Part shown: positions 20,630 to 30,261 of the stretch, in pieces
How the letters are laid out: the number at the start of each line of letters is the position of its first letter
Numbering within the stretch: position 1 is the stretch's first letter
Origin: Polyangiales bacterium
GTDB lineage: Bacteria; Myxococcota_A; Polyangia; Polyangiales; JADJQN01
Length of the DNA stretch: 64,000 bases
Direction: 5' to 3'
NCBI GenBank assembly: GCA_964202905.1
Contig: CAXNJO010000006.1
Span: forward strand, 192,001 to 256,000
Notes under the pieces: generated by a model
What the model was told of the DNA's origin: nothing
The model's database searches: none
Seen by the model: only the letters and a program-made list of their open reading frames with translations
Position numbers and translations under genes: made by a program

Positions 20630-22015
20630 TCAGCGCAGGCGCACCGCGCCGTGGTGCAGCGTCGAGCTGTCGAGGGACGGGACGTCGGGCAACGGGCCCT
20701 CGAGGCAGCGCTTGAAACGCGCCGTCCCGCTCGAGGCGCCGGGGCGCGCGCGCGCGACGATGCGCGCGGTGCCCCGCAGCCGACGGACCATCACGTCGAG
20801 CTCGCCGGTGACGGGCTGATCGCTCGCGCTGAGCGCGTCGCCGTGGCAGCGCGTGGCCTGTCGCGTGAGCCACTGCGCGACCGATTCGGGGCGCCCGGCG
20901 GGCTGCGCCGCGAGAGCCGCGCGGCGGCCCGCGGCCTCCGTCGCGGCAGGCGTGCCCGGTGCGCGCTCGGTGATCGCCTTCCACGCGGCGTCGGCCCAGG
21001 CCGACTCGCCCGCCGCGACCGCGGCCTCGGCGGCGGCGGCGAGCACGCGCGCCGCGCGCTCCGCGGGGATCTCGGCGGGCAGCGAGGCCCCGGCGGGATC
21101 GCCCGTGCGCACGAGCAGCTCGCCGACGAGCGGCGCCGCGAGCGCGGCCGCGGTGTCGTCGGGCTCCGCGAGGATCGCGAGCCCCGTGGCGCGCGCCCCG
21201 GCCGGATCGCTGAATCGCTCCGCGACGAAGGAGGCGACGCGGATCTGGGCGCGGAGCGGCGCGTCCGCCCCCTCGGCGAGGGCACGGGCGTAGAGGCGCG
21301 CGGCCGTCGCCCCGCTCGAGAGCGCGGCCTGCTCGGCGAGGGCCGCCGCGCGGACCGGCCCGACGGGCGCGTTGGCGACGACCACCGCGAGGCCGCTGCG
21401 TGCGCTCGCCGCGTCCCCGAGCTCCGCGGCGAGCGTGCTCTCGCGGAGACGCGCCCAGAGGCCGGGCGGGGTCGAGCCGCCCGTGGCCGCGGCCTGGGCA
21501 TACGCGGTGCGCGCCGCGGCGAACGACGGCGCGGGATCGCCGTCGCCGCGCGCGCGCAGCCCGAAGCCCTCCGCGCGGCGCAGCTCCGCGAGCAGCAGCC
21601 AGCCCCCCGGCGTGAGCGCGGCGCCCATCCGCTCGAGCGTGCGGAGCAGGCGCGCCTGCGCCGCTCGTTCGCGCTCGATCACCGCGCGGTGCGTCGGCCC
21701 CTGCGTCGTGGTCGTGAGTCCCCGCTCGCGGATCGCGCGCTCGATGCCCGCGCGCTCCACGCCGGCGCGGGCGCGCTCCTGCCAGGCCTCGCGCGCGCGA
21801 CGGGGGAGGGCGGCGAGCGTGTCCGCGTCGGGCGGGGACGGCGCCGCGAGGTCCGCCGCCTCCGTCGCGCCCGTGCCGGGGCTGCGCGTGCCGCGGATGT
21901 CGAGGGTCCCGAAGGACGCGGGGGGCCCGGCGTGCGCGAGGGAGGGCGCGGCGAGCGGGGCGGCGGCGAGCACGAGCGCGGGCAGGAGCCGGCGGAGACG
22001 GGAGGGCGCGGTCAT
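20630..22015 (-). CDS. Secreted Ala-rich helical/TPR-like hypothetical protein
   Basis: Signal peptide ending AHA-G; host-like codon usage. Confidence 0.6.
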   Translation of the reverse strand: MTAPSRLRRLLPALVLAAAPLAAPSLAHAGPPASFGTLDIRGTRSPGTGATEAADLAAPSPPDADTLAALPRRAREAWQERARAGVERAGIERAIRERGLTTTTQGPTHRAVIERERAAQARLLRTLERMGAALTPGGWLLLAELRRAEGFGLRARGDGDPAPSFAAARTAYAQAAATGGSTPPGLWARLRESTLAAELGDAASARSGLAVVVANAPVGPVRAAALAEQAALSSGATAARLYARALAEGADAPLRAQIRVASFVAERFSDPAGARATGLAILAEPDDTAAALAAPLVGELLVRTGDPAGASLPAEIPAERAARVLAAAAEAAVAAGESAWADAAWKAITERAPGTPAATEAAGRRAALAAQPAGRPESVAQWLTRQATRCHGDALSASDQPVTGELDVMVRRLRGTARIVARARPGASSGTARFKRCLEGPLPDVPSLDSSTLHHGAVRLR

Positions 22016-22667
22016 CGCTCGGAGCGTACGACGGTGCGCGGCGCGGCGTGAAGGCTCGCGGCGCACGCGCTCGGACCCGATCTCCTTAGATTCCCGTCGT
22101 TGCAGGGTTTCCGCGTTCGCGCGCGCCCGGCCGCGCAGTGGCGCGTCAGGGCGGAGCGAGCCAGGCCGCGGGCGGCGGCGCGCCCGTCCCAGAAGAAGGC
22201 CGTCTCGAGGCGGGCGAGGTCGAGCGGCGTCGGCGTGTTCCGCGCGCCGGGCACCACCCCGGGCACCACGACGCCGTCCTGCAAGGCGAGCGCGGGCGCG
22301 CAGCACGTCGCGCAGCGCAGGCCCGGGACGCGCGCGAAGCCCGCGTCGACGACGATCGCGCGGAAGGGCTCCGCTGCGCGCGGGTCGCCCGCGTGGCGGT
22401 TGCCGCCCACAAAAATGCAGAGGCGGCAGGACGGGGCGCGCGGCATCGGACCGCCGCCGAACGTCGCACCGCCGTCCGTGTCGCGGGGGGCGGTGCGAAG
22501 TCCGCCATGCCCATGGCGAACGCCCATCACGCGGCGCCACCACGCCCTGGGGCGCCAGGGGCACGCGGCGCGCTCCCCGATCGTGGGACGCCCCACCGCG
22601 CATGCCTCCGCGGGAGCGGTTGGCGTCGTTGTCATCGCGCGGGCGGCCCGATGCCCGCGGCGATGGT

Positions 22668-22679
22668 TGGCGTCCCCAG
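22668..22679 (-). other. Left att site: displaced 3' end of tRNA-Glu including CCA
   Basis: tggcgtccccag (reverse complement ctggggacgcca) matches the tRNA-Glu 3' end at 61149-61158 over 10 bp and adds the CCA. Confidence 0.85.
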
Positions 22680-22762
22680 TAGGAACCGAGACGTTCGTGA
22701 CCAGGAAGCTCGCGCTGGTCGTGTAGGCGCAGCCGCCCGGCTTCCCACGTCTCCCGCAGACG

Positions 22763-25282
22763 TCAGATCACCACGGTCGTCGGGACGGCCACGCCCACCT
22801 GGGCGGCGACCGGCGTCCAGAGGTCGACGTCCGTCTCCGGGGTGGTGATCGACACGATGAGCGCGTACCGCACCCCGAGCTCGCTGCGGTCGTGCTTCGG
22901 CTGGTCCTTCCACCATCCGGAGACCGGGAAGACGCCGACCGCGCCACGCAGCGCGAGATCGGCAGCGCTGCCGTCCCAGAAGTCGCCGTGCAACGACCCG
23001 TGGTGCCGAAGGTCAGGGCCGAGGAACCAGTTCGCGGCATCACTCTCGGAGCTGACATCGCCGCCGTCCTCTTCGTTGACCGCGAGCTCGTTCAGTCGTT
23101 GCCGGAACAGGTCGACGGTCTCGGTCGGCTTCATCACGTCGAAGCGGAGTCCGTGGGAGGCGTAGCGGTACCGCGTTCGCCAGCCTCGGCGGGCCGGGTT
23201 CGGCTCAATGAAGTACGAGAGCGTGACGCGCATCGTCACGGGCGCCGCGGCCAGCGCCAGGAGGGCGTCGGTCGGCCACGGGAGCTCGTGGACCTTCATC
23301 TCGCGCAGCTTCGTGTTCTCGAACGGCTTGATGGTGTCCTGCACGATCAGGGTCAGGGCGTTCTTCGCGCTCTTCGCCGCACGGAGCTCGCTCGGCTCGC
23401 CGAAGCCAAAACGCCTCAGCAGGAACCGCTCCCGCTGACTCCGCTTCCGCGCCGCCACGGCGTGCTGCTTCATCGCCTTGGTCCACTCCGCAGAGTGAAC
23501 GACGAGAGCGCGTACCGTCTCGGGCCAGAGGTCGGGGTAGTCGGACATGACCGTCGCGGCGATGCGCGCGACCTGGGCGGTTGCTGCGCTCGTGCCCCAC
23601 GTCGACTCCAGCAGGCTCTCACTCGGCTTCCAGTAGGTGGACGCGAGCGAGAGCTCTTCGAGCTGCATCGCGGCGTGGCCGTCGTGCGCCTTGTTGCCAC
23701 CCTCGAAGACCACGTCGGGCTTGATCGGCCATGCGCCGCTGAACCCAACTGAGGTGGAGCTGTAGGGGGACAGGTCTCCGGCCGCAGCCACGGGTCGGTA
23801 GCCGCGAAGTTTTGGGTCGGTCTCATCCAGATCGACGAGGTGCGTGCTCGCTCCGACGGTCAACGCGTTCCACGCCTGGCCGGGGTCACGGATAGTCTCG
23901 AGGTCGCTCCGCGTGATGTGATCGACCTCGGTCGTGTCGACGTTGCCCGCGCACACGACGAGCAGCCGCGCTGGGCCAGTGCCTGCGCGGTCGAGGAACT
24001 CGATCTCGCCGTCACGACTGATGAGCGCGCGGCCCGCCGCAAGGCCATCGACGGCCGCGGACCAAGATGTCGGCCGTCCACGGTCGCTGCCGTCCAAGGT
24101 CGCGACCGACATCGAGAAGACGCGTTGCCTCGCTGGCGCAGTGACCTCCGGTCGCGCGACGCCTTCGGCGGTCACGGTGCCCCAGAGGTCGGGCGGGTTC
24201 GTGCCCGTCGGGGGCAGGATCTTCACAGACTCGAGGCGGTGGCGGAGCACGACGCGATCCGTCGTGAGCAGGTGCGTGCGGAGATCGCCAAGCAGCGCGA
24301 GCCCGGCCATCTCGGAGCCGTGTCCATCGTGGTCGGTCCGTTGCCAGGACGGGTCGACTGCGTGCGTGTCGGCCTCGACCAACGAAGCAGACAGCAGCGG
24401 GTGCCCTCGGTTCACGCCGGTGTCGAGGACGCACACGGCGGGAGCGCCGTCCGGCGCTGGATCGAGTCGGTCGCTCAGATCGCGCACCCAGTCGGCCTGC
24501 TCGGTGATCGGCATCTTCACGAAGTCCGATGGCGCGTCACGAGCTCGGCGCAGCTCGGCGATGTCGCCCAGCACGTCGATCGACGACCCGAGCTGCAAGG
24601 GCGTCGCGCGCAAGGTCCGCACGACGCGGTCCGGGAACGTGAGCCGCCTCGCCCCGAGGTCGAGGTTGAGCGCTCTCGCGAAATCGTGGAGGCGCTCCTC
24701 CTCCTTGCCGTCCGTTCGGCGGAGCCACACCTCCCACCACATGCTCTGGTCATCTGGGGGGAACGCCTCTGCCTCGTCGGTCCAGAACGCCGTCAGGGTT
24801 GCGAGCTGGATCGAGGCCAGGGTCTCCACGAGGGCGCGGTGTTTCCGCGCTCCCTTCGGGGTCGTCTCCGACACGTACTCGTCGAACCGCTTCAGGAAGT
24901 ACGCGACCTTACCGTCAGGAACGAACACGGTCGCCATCTCCTCGATCGCTCCGTCCTCCTTCGTTCGGGTGCGGACGCCGAGGAGCTCGACCTTGGATCC
25001 GCGGAGGTCGAGCCCGTCGAGCTTCAGCGGGATGCCCGGCGGGCTCGTGAAGACCACCCCGATGCCGGGCTTCGCGCCGGGGACGGCGACCGACACGGCG
25101 GCTGCGGTCCGACGCTCCTTCGCCTCTGTGCTGGCGTGCTCGAACGCTGCCCGCAGCGTGCGCCCGTGGAGCGCTGGATCGGCCGGCGTGAACGTCTTCG
25201 ACTTGCCGCCTCGGGCGTGCGGGCGGTAGCGCTCGGGAGGGGACGTTCCCGGCACCAAGATGTGCGGTAGGTCTCGCGCCAC
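22763..25282 (-). CDS. S8 subtilisin-like serine protease (IetS-like)
   Basis: VCVLDTGV, GHGSEMAG, WGTSAA catalytic triad; IKPDVVFEGGN; no signal peptide. Confidence 0.9.
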   Translation of the reverse strand: MARDLPHILVPGTSPPERYRPHARGGKSKTFTPADPALHGRTLRAAFEHASTEAKERRTAAAVSVAVPGAKPGIGVVFTSPPGIPLKLDGLDLRGSKVELLGVRTRTKEDGAIEEMATVFVPDGKVAYFLKRFDEYVSETTPKGARKHRALVETLASIQLATLTAFWTDEAEAFPPDDQSMWWEVWLRRTDGKEEERLHDFARALNLDLGARRLTFPDRVVRTLRATPLQLGSSIDVLGDIAELRRARDAPSDFVKMPITEQADWVRDLSDRLDPAPDGAPAVCVLDTGVNRGHPLLSASLVEADTHAVDPSWQRTDHDGHGSEMAGLALLGDLRTHLLTTDRVVLRHRLESVKILPPTGTNPPDLWGTVTAEGVARPEVTAPARQRVFSMSVATLDGSDRGRPTSWSAAVDGLAAGRALISRDGEIEFLDRAGTGPARLLVVCAGNVDTTEVDHITRSDLETIRDPGQAWNALTVGASTHLVDLDETDPKLRGYRPVAAAGDLSPYSSTSVGFSGAWPIKPDVVFEGGNKAHDGHAAMQLEELSLASTYWKPSESLLESTWGTSAATAQVARIAATVMSDYPDLWPETVRALVVHSAEWTKAMKQHAVAARKRSQRERFLLRRFGFGEPSELRAAKSAKNALTLIVQDTIKPFENTKLREMKVHELPWPTDALLALAAAPVTMRVTLSYFIEPNPARRGWRTRYRYASHGLRFDVMKPTETVDLFRQRLNELAVNEEDGGDVSSESDAANWFLGPDLRHHGSLHGDFWDGSAADLALRGAVGVFPVSGWWKDQPKHDRSELGVRYALIVSITTPETDVDLWTPVAAQVGVAVPTTVVI

Positions 25283-25294
25283 GGCCCGCTCCGA

Positions 25295-26272
25295 TCAGTC
25301 AGTGCGGCGGTTGCGTAGCGCCGTTACGACGTCCGCGGTCGTGACCGCCAACCGCATCGAGAGAATGGCGGATTTCGCGGCGTCTTCACACGCCCGGGTC
25401 ACGTCCGCGTGGCTTAGCGTAGCGCCGGCCTCTCGCACCGAGGCCCACGCGACGTCGGACGTGTCGAGCATGGCGAGCCGTGCGCGAGCAACCGCCTCGA
25501 TGTCCTCGGCCGTGGGTAGCGTGTATTCGATGACGGCGTCGAAGCGACGGAAGAGCGCACGGTCCAGTAGCGCCGGGTGGTTCGTCGCAGCGACGACGAC
25601 GCTCTCCGACTGATCCTGCTCGAGCATCACGAGGAAGGAGTTGAGCACGCGCCGGATCTCTCCCACGTCGTTGCCGGCGGCGCGGTCTCCGCCCAGCGCA
25701 TCGAACTCGTCGAAGAGGTAGACGGCTCGGGTCTGGGCCATCGCCTCGAACACCAGTCGGAGCTTGGCGGCGGTCTCGCCCATGAACTTGGTGATGATGC
25801 CGTCCAGCTGGATGGCGAAGAGTGCGAGCGCCAGCTCGCCAGCGAGGGCACCGGCGGTCAGCGTCTTGCCAGTCCCCGGGGGACCAACGAGGAGGAGTCG
25901 CTTGATGGGCGCGAGGCCGTGAGCTCTGAGCTCCTCGCGCTGCCGTTGCTCTACGACGACGCGCTCAAGCCGATCGCGAACGTTGGGGGCGACGACGAGA
26001 TCACGGAGGCGGGTCTGCGGGTAGCTCGCAGCCAGCACGCCGGCGAGGTCGCCTCGGGGCTGAACGAGCGGCACCGTCTTCGCGCGAGGGAGCGTCGGCT
26101 CTGCGGCCCGTGCCTTCGCGCGGTCGATGAGGTCCTTGAGCTCCTGGGCGAACCGCGAATGACCCGTGCGGGCCGCCTGCGCCGCGACCTGGAGCGCGAC
26201 CGCGTAGAAGCGAGCGTCGTCTCCGTCCGCGTGGCTGCGGATCAATGCCTTGATCTGGTCAGCCGAGGCCAT
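25295..26272 (-). CDS. AAA+ ATPase (IetA-like)
   Basis: GPPGTGKT, YLFDEFDA, ATNHPALLDRALFRRFD; directly upstream of the S8 protease. Confidence 0.92.
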   Translation of the reverse strand: MASADQIKALIRSHADGDDARFYAVALQVAAQAARTGHSRFAQELKDLIDRAKARAAEPTLPRAKTVPLVQPRGDLAGVLAASYPQTRLRDLVVAPNVRDRLERVVVEQRQREELRAHGLAPIKRLLLVGPPGTGKTLTAGALAGELALALFAIQLDGIITKFMGETAAKLRLVFEAMAQTRAVYLFDEFDALGGDRAAGNDVGEIRRVLNSFLVMLEQDQSESVVVAATNHPALLDRALFRRFDAVIEYTLPTAEDIEAVARARLAMLDTSDVAWASVREAGATLSHADVTRACEDAAKSAILSMRLAVTTADVVTALRNRRTD

Positions 26273-26491
26273 CCGTATTCATACCGCGCCCGGTGTCCCG
26301 TCCGCCAGAGTTCCGCTAGAAATAAGGCAAAACGCGGCGCTCAGGCCACCGGCGTTCCTGTGGGCCAAGGGCCTGCCCAGCGCTTCCAGAGCCTCATCAG
26401 CAGTGTCGCCCCCCGAAAGCTCGACGATCGCCGGTGGGGCGATCGCCAAGGACGATCTTCGCCGCAGATCCGGGCTACGCGCCCGTTGCCA

Positions 26492-26932
26492 TCAGCGATC
26501 GACCTCCGACGGCTCGGGGGCTCCCTCTGGCGCTTCGCGCTCCAGCAGCCAGCGCGCTCGGCGCGCGTTTCTGTAGAGACCGACGACTGCGAAGCCGGCG
26601 GCGATCAGTACTGCGACCGCGGGGCCGACCAAGAGCAGCAACGTCAGCCGCGCGTCTACGCGAGCCGAGATGTAGTGCTCCCGCGCGTGTTCGCTCGCGT
26701 TCCACGCGACGAGCTCCCACAGGCACGTCACCGCGAAAAGAGTCGCCGCGACGATGAACATCGGCTTTGCGCGCGCTGGCTCCGGCATCGAGTTCGGGGG
26801 CAACGATGTGGAGGTGGGCTCTGCTTGTGAGCGAGGCCCGGACGCCACCGGGCACCCGCACGACGGGCATGCCGCCGCCTTGTCAGACACCTGGCGCCCG
26901 CACTCCGCGCAATCGATCAACGCCATGGCCAC
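26492..26932 (-). CDS. Zinc-ribbon membrane protein
   Basis: MALIDCAECGRQVSDKAAACPSCG plus two TM segments. Confidence 0.8.
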   Translation of the reverse strand: MAMALIDCAECGRQVSDKAAACPSCGCPVASGPRSQAEPTSTSLPPNSMPEPARAKPMFIVAATLFAVTCLWELVAWNASEHAREHYISARVDARLTLLLLVGPAVAVLIAAGFAVVGLYRNARRARWLLEREAPEGAPEPSEVDR

Positions 26933-27060
26933 TCCTTGCTCGCCAGGCCGAGAGGCCCCGTGGCCTGCGGGTGCGACTCGTCCGTGTTCGCCTTCTTCGT
27001 GTCGGTCCCGGTGGTCATGCTCATCTCCGGCAAAGGAAACGGCCGAAGCCGTCTCCAGGG

Positions 27061-27612
27061 TCAGTGCGTCGCCGGGCCGAGCGACCAGTTGCCGGCGTCG
27101 TCGCGGCGCGCGGTGCGGTCTCGGGTTCCACTGCCGGCTTCGGGCAGCTCGAAGTCGCAGAGCCTCGCCGCCTCTGCCACTCCCGCGTTCACCGCGAGCT
27201 CGCGCTCGTAGTGGAAGTCAGCGGCGTTCCCGCTCGTAGCGATGCCGCTGATCGTCCCGACGTGAAGCGTGGCGCAAGGGAGCTGCAGGTAGCTCCCCTC
27301 TGGCCTCGGCGGCCCCGCCAAGACGAGCTGGCACTGCCCCGCGATGTTGCAGGGCCCGACGCCCGTCACCATGTGGGCTCGTTCGAGCGCCCTCGCGCAG
27401 TCGTCACTCCCCACGAGGTACGGCACCACCTCGTTTGGGTCGATGTCGAACCTGTCGTCGAACGGGACGAGGGCCGGCACCCGGCATGTCACGCCGCCGA
27501 CGTACTCCGGCAGGCCCTCGATCAACCGGCGGGCCTCGGCCTCGGTGAGGTTGTTGCTGCACCCCGCTGCCACGATCCCGAGCACGACCATCGCCACCGT
27601 GTCGATCTTCAT
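27061..27612 (-). CDS. Putative lipoprotein
   Basis: AAAGGAGG RBS; lipobox AAGC; several Cys. Confidence 0.75.
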   Translation of the reverse strand: MKIDTVAMVVLGIVAAGCSNNLTEAEARRLIEGLPEYVGGVTCRVPALVPFDDRFDIDPNEVVPYLVGSDDCARALERAHMVTGVGPCNIAGQCQLVLAGPPRPEGSYLQLPCATLHVGTISGIATSGNAADFHYERELAVNAGVAEAARLCDFELPEAGSGTRDRTARRDDAGNWSLGPATH

Positions 27613-27685
27613 GTCGTCCTCCTTTCGTCGGGAAGTCGTTCGGGTGATGAGCCGCAGCCGGACCGCCGTCGGCGCCTCGCTAGGC

Positions 27686-27703
27686 TACGTCAGGCCTGAC
27701 GTA
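27686..27703. promoter_or_regulatory. Perfect 18-bp palindrome, candidate operator
   Basis: TACGTCAGGCCTGACGTA between the divergent lipoprotein and XRE genes. Confidence 0.6.
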
Positions 27704-27738
27704 TGCCGCAATGACGCCCCTCTCTACGGTCCGGGGCG

Positions 27739-27960
27739 ATGGCCTCCGACACCGACCTCAAGGTCCGGTTGGGAAAGCGCTGCCGGGCGGTCCGGCAGCG
27801 CAAGAAGCTGTCGTTGATGGACGTCGTGAAGAACCACGAGGTCTCGCTATCGCACTTGCAGAAGATCGAGAGGGGCGCCCTGGACCCGCGGCTGAGCACC
27901 TTGAAGAAGCTCGCCGTGGCGTACGGGGTCACCCTCTCGACCTTGCTGCGCGACGTGTAG
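27739..27960 (+). CDS. XRE-family HTH regulator
   Basis: LGKRCRAVRQ..SLSHLQKIERGALDPRLSTLKKLA. Confidence 0.9.
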   Translation: MASDTDLKVRLGKRCRAVRQRKKLSLMDVVKNHEVSLSHLQKIERGALDPRLSTLKKLAVAYGVTLSTLLRDV

Positions 27961-27973
27961 GTCAGCGGCGGGG

Positions 27974-28171
27974 TCACCCCCAGCCGCCGAGGATGCGGGA
28001 CTCCATCTCGACCTCGTTCTCCGCGACCATGCGGACCACGAGCTCGAGGTCGCGGCCGGTGAGCCGCACGGCGACGACTTGTTCTTCGTCCCGCTCGCTG
28101 ACGAGGTAGACGTCGCCGTCGAGGACGAAGAACTTCGACTTCGGCTTCGAGCGCCTACGCCGCCTCGGCAT
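27974..28171 (-). CDS. Small hypothetical protein
   Basis: GGAGG RBS; overlaps the 3' end of the nuclease gene. Confidence 0.55.
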   Translation of the reverse strand: MPRRRRRSKPKSKFFVLDGDVYLVSERDEEQVVAVRLTGRDLELVVRMVAENEVEMESRILGGWG

Positions 28172-28954
28172 CGCCGACCTCCACCTGCCCCATGCCCGCG
28201 CCGATGCAGGTCCGTCGGTACTCGCAGCTCGAGCACATCATCCCGGGCGCCGGCGGGAAGTGGCCGGCGAGAATGGCGCGCTCGATCTGTGCCGCGGCCG
28301 TCATGAACCAGAGGCTCACGTCGCGGCTGTGCGGGAGCACGACGTGCTGCACCTTCGGCACCTTCGTCTTCACCAAGTTGAAGACCTCGACGTCGACCCC
28401 GGCGTAGCGGGCCGCCGACCTGTACGCGGCGAACTGCAAGTTGGTGGCGAGGGCCACCTGGCTGTAGGCGGCCTTCGCCGTCTTCAGCTCGATGACGTTC
28501 CCGTTGCGGAGCTCGAAGTCGAAGTAGCCGACGAGCCGTCGCGGCAGGTGCTCGCCGGTGATGGGATCGATGACCGCCAGCTCGAACGGGATCTCGGTCG
28601 CGACGACCTCGAGCTCTCCGCAGTGCGTGACGAAGGTGCGGACGAGGCGCTCGCCCTCCGTGCGAAGATCGTCGACCGTCGCGCCGCGCCAGTCGATGTC
28701 GTCACGGGCGAGCTCGGCCCCGAGGTCGGCGTTGAGGATGCGGAGCGCGTCCTCGACGGTCGGCTGCTTGCGAGCCACTCGCTCCTCGAACCACCACGCG
28801 CTGCGCCGCGCACCGCGGAGCCCAGCGCGAGGCCGGTCCCGCGGTGCTCCGGCGCGAGGTGCAGCACATACCTCAGCTCGTAGCGGCGGGGGCACGCCGC
28901 GTACGTCGACAACTGCGAGGCCGACGTGTGCTGCGGGAGCTCACTCCGCGGCAT
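28155..28954 (-). CDS. PD-(D/E)XK exonuclease, RecB/AddB/Cas4-like (apparent frameshift near 28805)
   Basis: SASQLSTYAACPRRY..LGSAV in one frame; GYFD..IELKT, QFAAY, CSSCEYRRTC in the other. Confidence 0.85.
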
Positions 28955-29597
28955 GGCCACCGGCCCCGTTGGCTGCGGCGCGCCTCTCCTCATCGGAGAG
29001 CATGTCGAGGAGTCGGCTCGCCTGCGCCCTCGTCGCGTTCGCCGGGTCGACCCCGAGTCGGTCCGTGAGGAAGGCGAGAGCCCGCGGGCCTTCGTACCCG
29101 AGGGCCAACGCCTTGCGCCAGAGCGCCCGCTTCTGCGCATCGCTGATGCCGGCGTCTCGGCGGTCGTCGATGCGCGTCACCGGCGCCCGCTCCTGCGGCC
29201 GCTCGAAGTCGATGTCGTCGTCGCCGCCGAGTTCTTCCAGCGCTACCGCGTGAACGTTCGCCATTAGACGCAGCGCACGCCCCACGGCGCGAGATTCGGC
29301 CACGCGCAGGATGTGGGGCGCGACCTTCCTGTTGACGTTCTTCGGGTTCGCGTCCCCAAGCCCAGTGAAGATGCCCGGCTTGCCTTTCGCGACTGCGCGG
29401 ACGACGGCGGTCTGGCCGTTGGCGTCGGTCGGCAACTGGATCAGCGTCGTGTCGATCGACTCGAGCCCGACGGCGTGCGCGGCGGCCACCAGGCCGGGCA
29501 GCGTGACGAAATCCTTGTGACCGACGACAGCGCCGGACTCGTTCTTGACGGCGATGCGGACGACGAACTGCGAGGGAATCTTCTTGTCATTGCTCAT
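28941..29597 (-). CDS. Putative Rad52/Sak-like ssDNA-annealing protein
   Basis: AVVRAVA..FTGLGDA..RVAESRAVGRALR pattern; C-terminal SDAQ..TRAQASRLLD motif; adjacent to the exonuclease. Confidence 0.55.
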   Translation of the reverse strand: MSNDKKIPSQFVVRIAVKNESGAVVGHKDFVTLPGLVAAAHAVGLESIDTTLIQLPTDANGQTAVVRAVAKGKPGIFTGLGDANPKNVNRKVAPHILRVAESRAVGRALRLMANVHAVALEELGGDDDIDFERPQERAPVTRIDDRRDAGISDAQKRALWRKALALGYEGPRALAFLTDRLGVDPANATRAQASRLLDMLSDEERRAAANGAGGHAAE

Positions 29598-29635
29598 GGC
29601 GTTCTCCTAGTTGATGTTGGCGATGCAGACGTGAA

Positions 29636-29679
29636 GAAGCCGAAGCCCGAGCACCCGATGGGGCCCGAGCTCCGGCTTC
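29636..29679 (-). terminator. GC-rich hairpin between radC and the Rad52-like gene
   Basis: gaagccg...cggcttc stem with inner pairing; mismatches become G-U on the minus strand. Confidence 0.5.
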
Positions 29680-29688
29680 GGTGAGCGC

Positions 29689-30261
29689 TCAGCGGCGCGT
29701 AAGTAGACCGGCGTCAAGGAAGCTGAAGTGCGCCTCCGAGCCGATGACGACGTGGTCCAGCAGTCGGATGCCGAGCAGCTCCGCGCCGCGAGCGATGCGC
29801 TCGGTGAGGGCGATGTCCTCGGGGCTCGGTGACGGGTCGCCCGAGGGGTGGTTGTGCACGACGATCCCCGCCACGCATGCGTTGAGCACGAGCGGCCTGA
29901 GGATATCGCGCGGCATCACGGCGCAGCTCGTGACCCCGCCGCGGCAGACGCACTGCATCAGCCGCACGGCGTTGCGGGCATCGAGCCCCACGATGTGCAG
30001 CGACTCCATCGTGTCGCCCCGGAGCAGCGGGAGGTAGTGCGCGGCGATGTCCTTGCTCGAGGCGATCTTAGAGCCGACGAGGTCCTCGTGACGCCCGCCT
30101 CGCCGCACGAGCTCACGCAGCGCGAGGACCTTGGCGGCCACCTTCGCAGGCGGCACGACATCCTCATCGAGGAGCTGCGACGGCCTCAGGTGCGACGGCA
30201 GCGGCGCCTTCGGGAGGATGGCGGCGACGAGCTCGTCGATGCGGGTTGGCCCGTTCCTCAT
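29689..30261 (-). CDS. radC: RadC-family JAB domain protein
   Basis: VHNHPSGDPSPSPEDI..GIRLLDHVVIG..FSF. Confidence 0.92.
   Translation of the reverse strand: MRNGPTRIDELVAAILPKAPLPSHLRPSQLLDEDVVPPAKVAAKVLALRELVRRGGRHEDLVGSKIASSKDIAAHYLPLLRGDTMESLHIVGLDARNAVRLMQCVCRGGVTSCAVMPRDILRPLVLNACVAGIVVHNHPSGDPSPSPEDIALTERIARGAELLGIRLLDHVVIGSEAHFSFLDAGLLTRR

Noticed and set aside
22012..22635. Cys-containing ORF next to the left att site
   Set aside because: No recognisable family or clear RBS; could be a small gene but cannot be supported
28155..28954. cas4 as part of a CRISPR-Cas locus
   Set aside because: No cas1/cas2 or array; context is a phage-like recombination block
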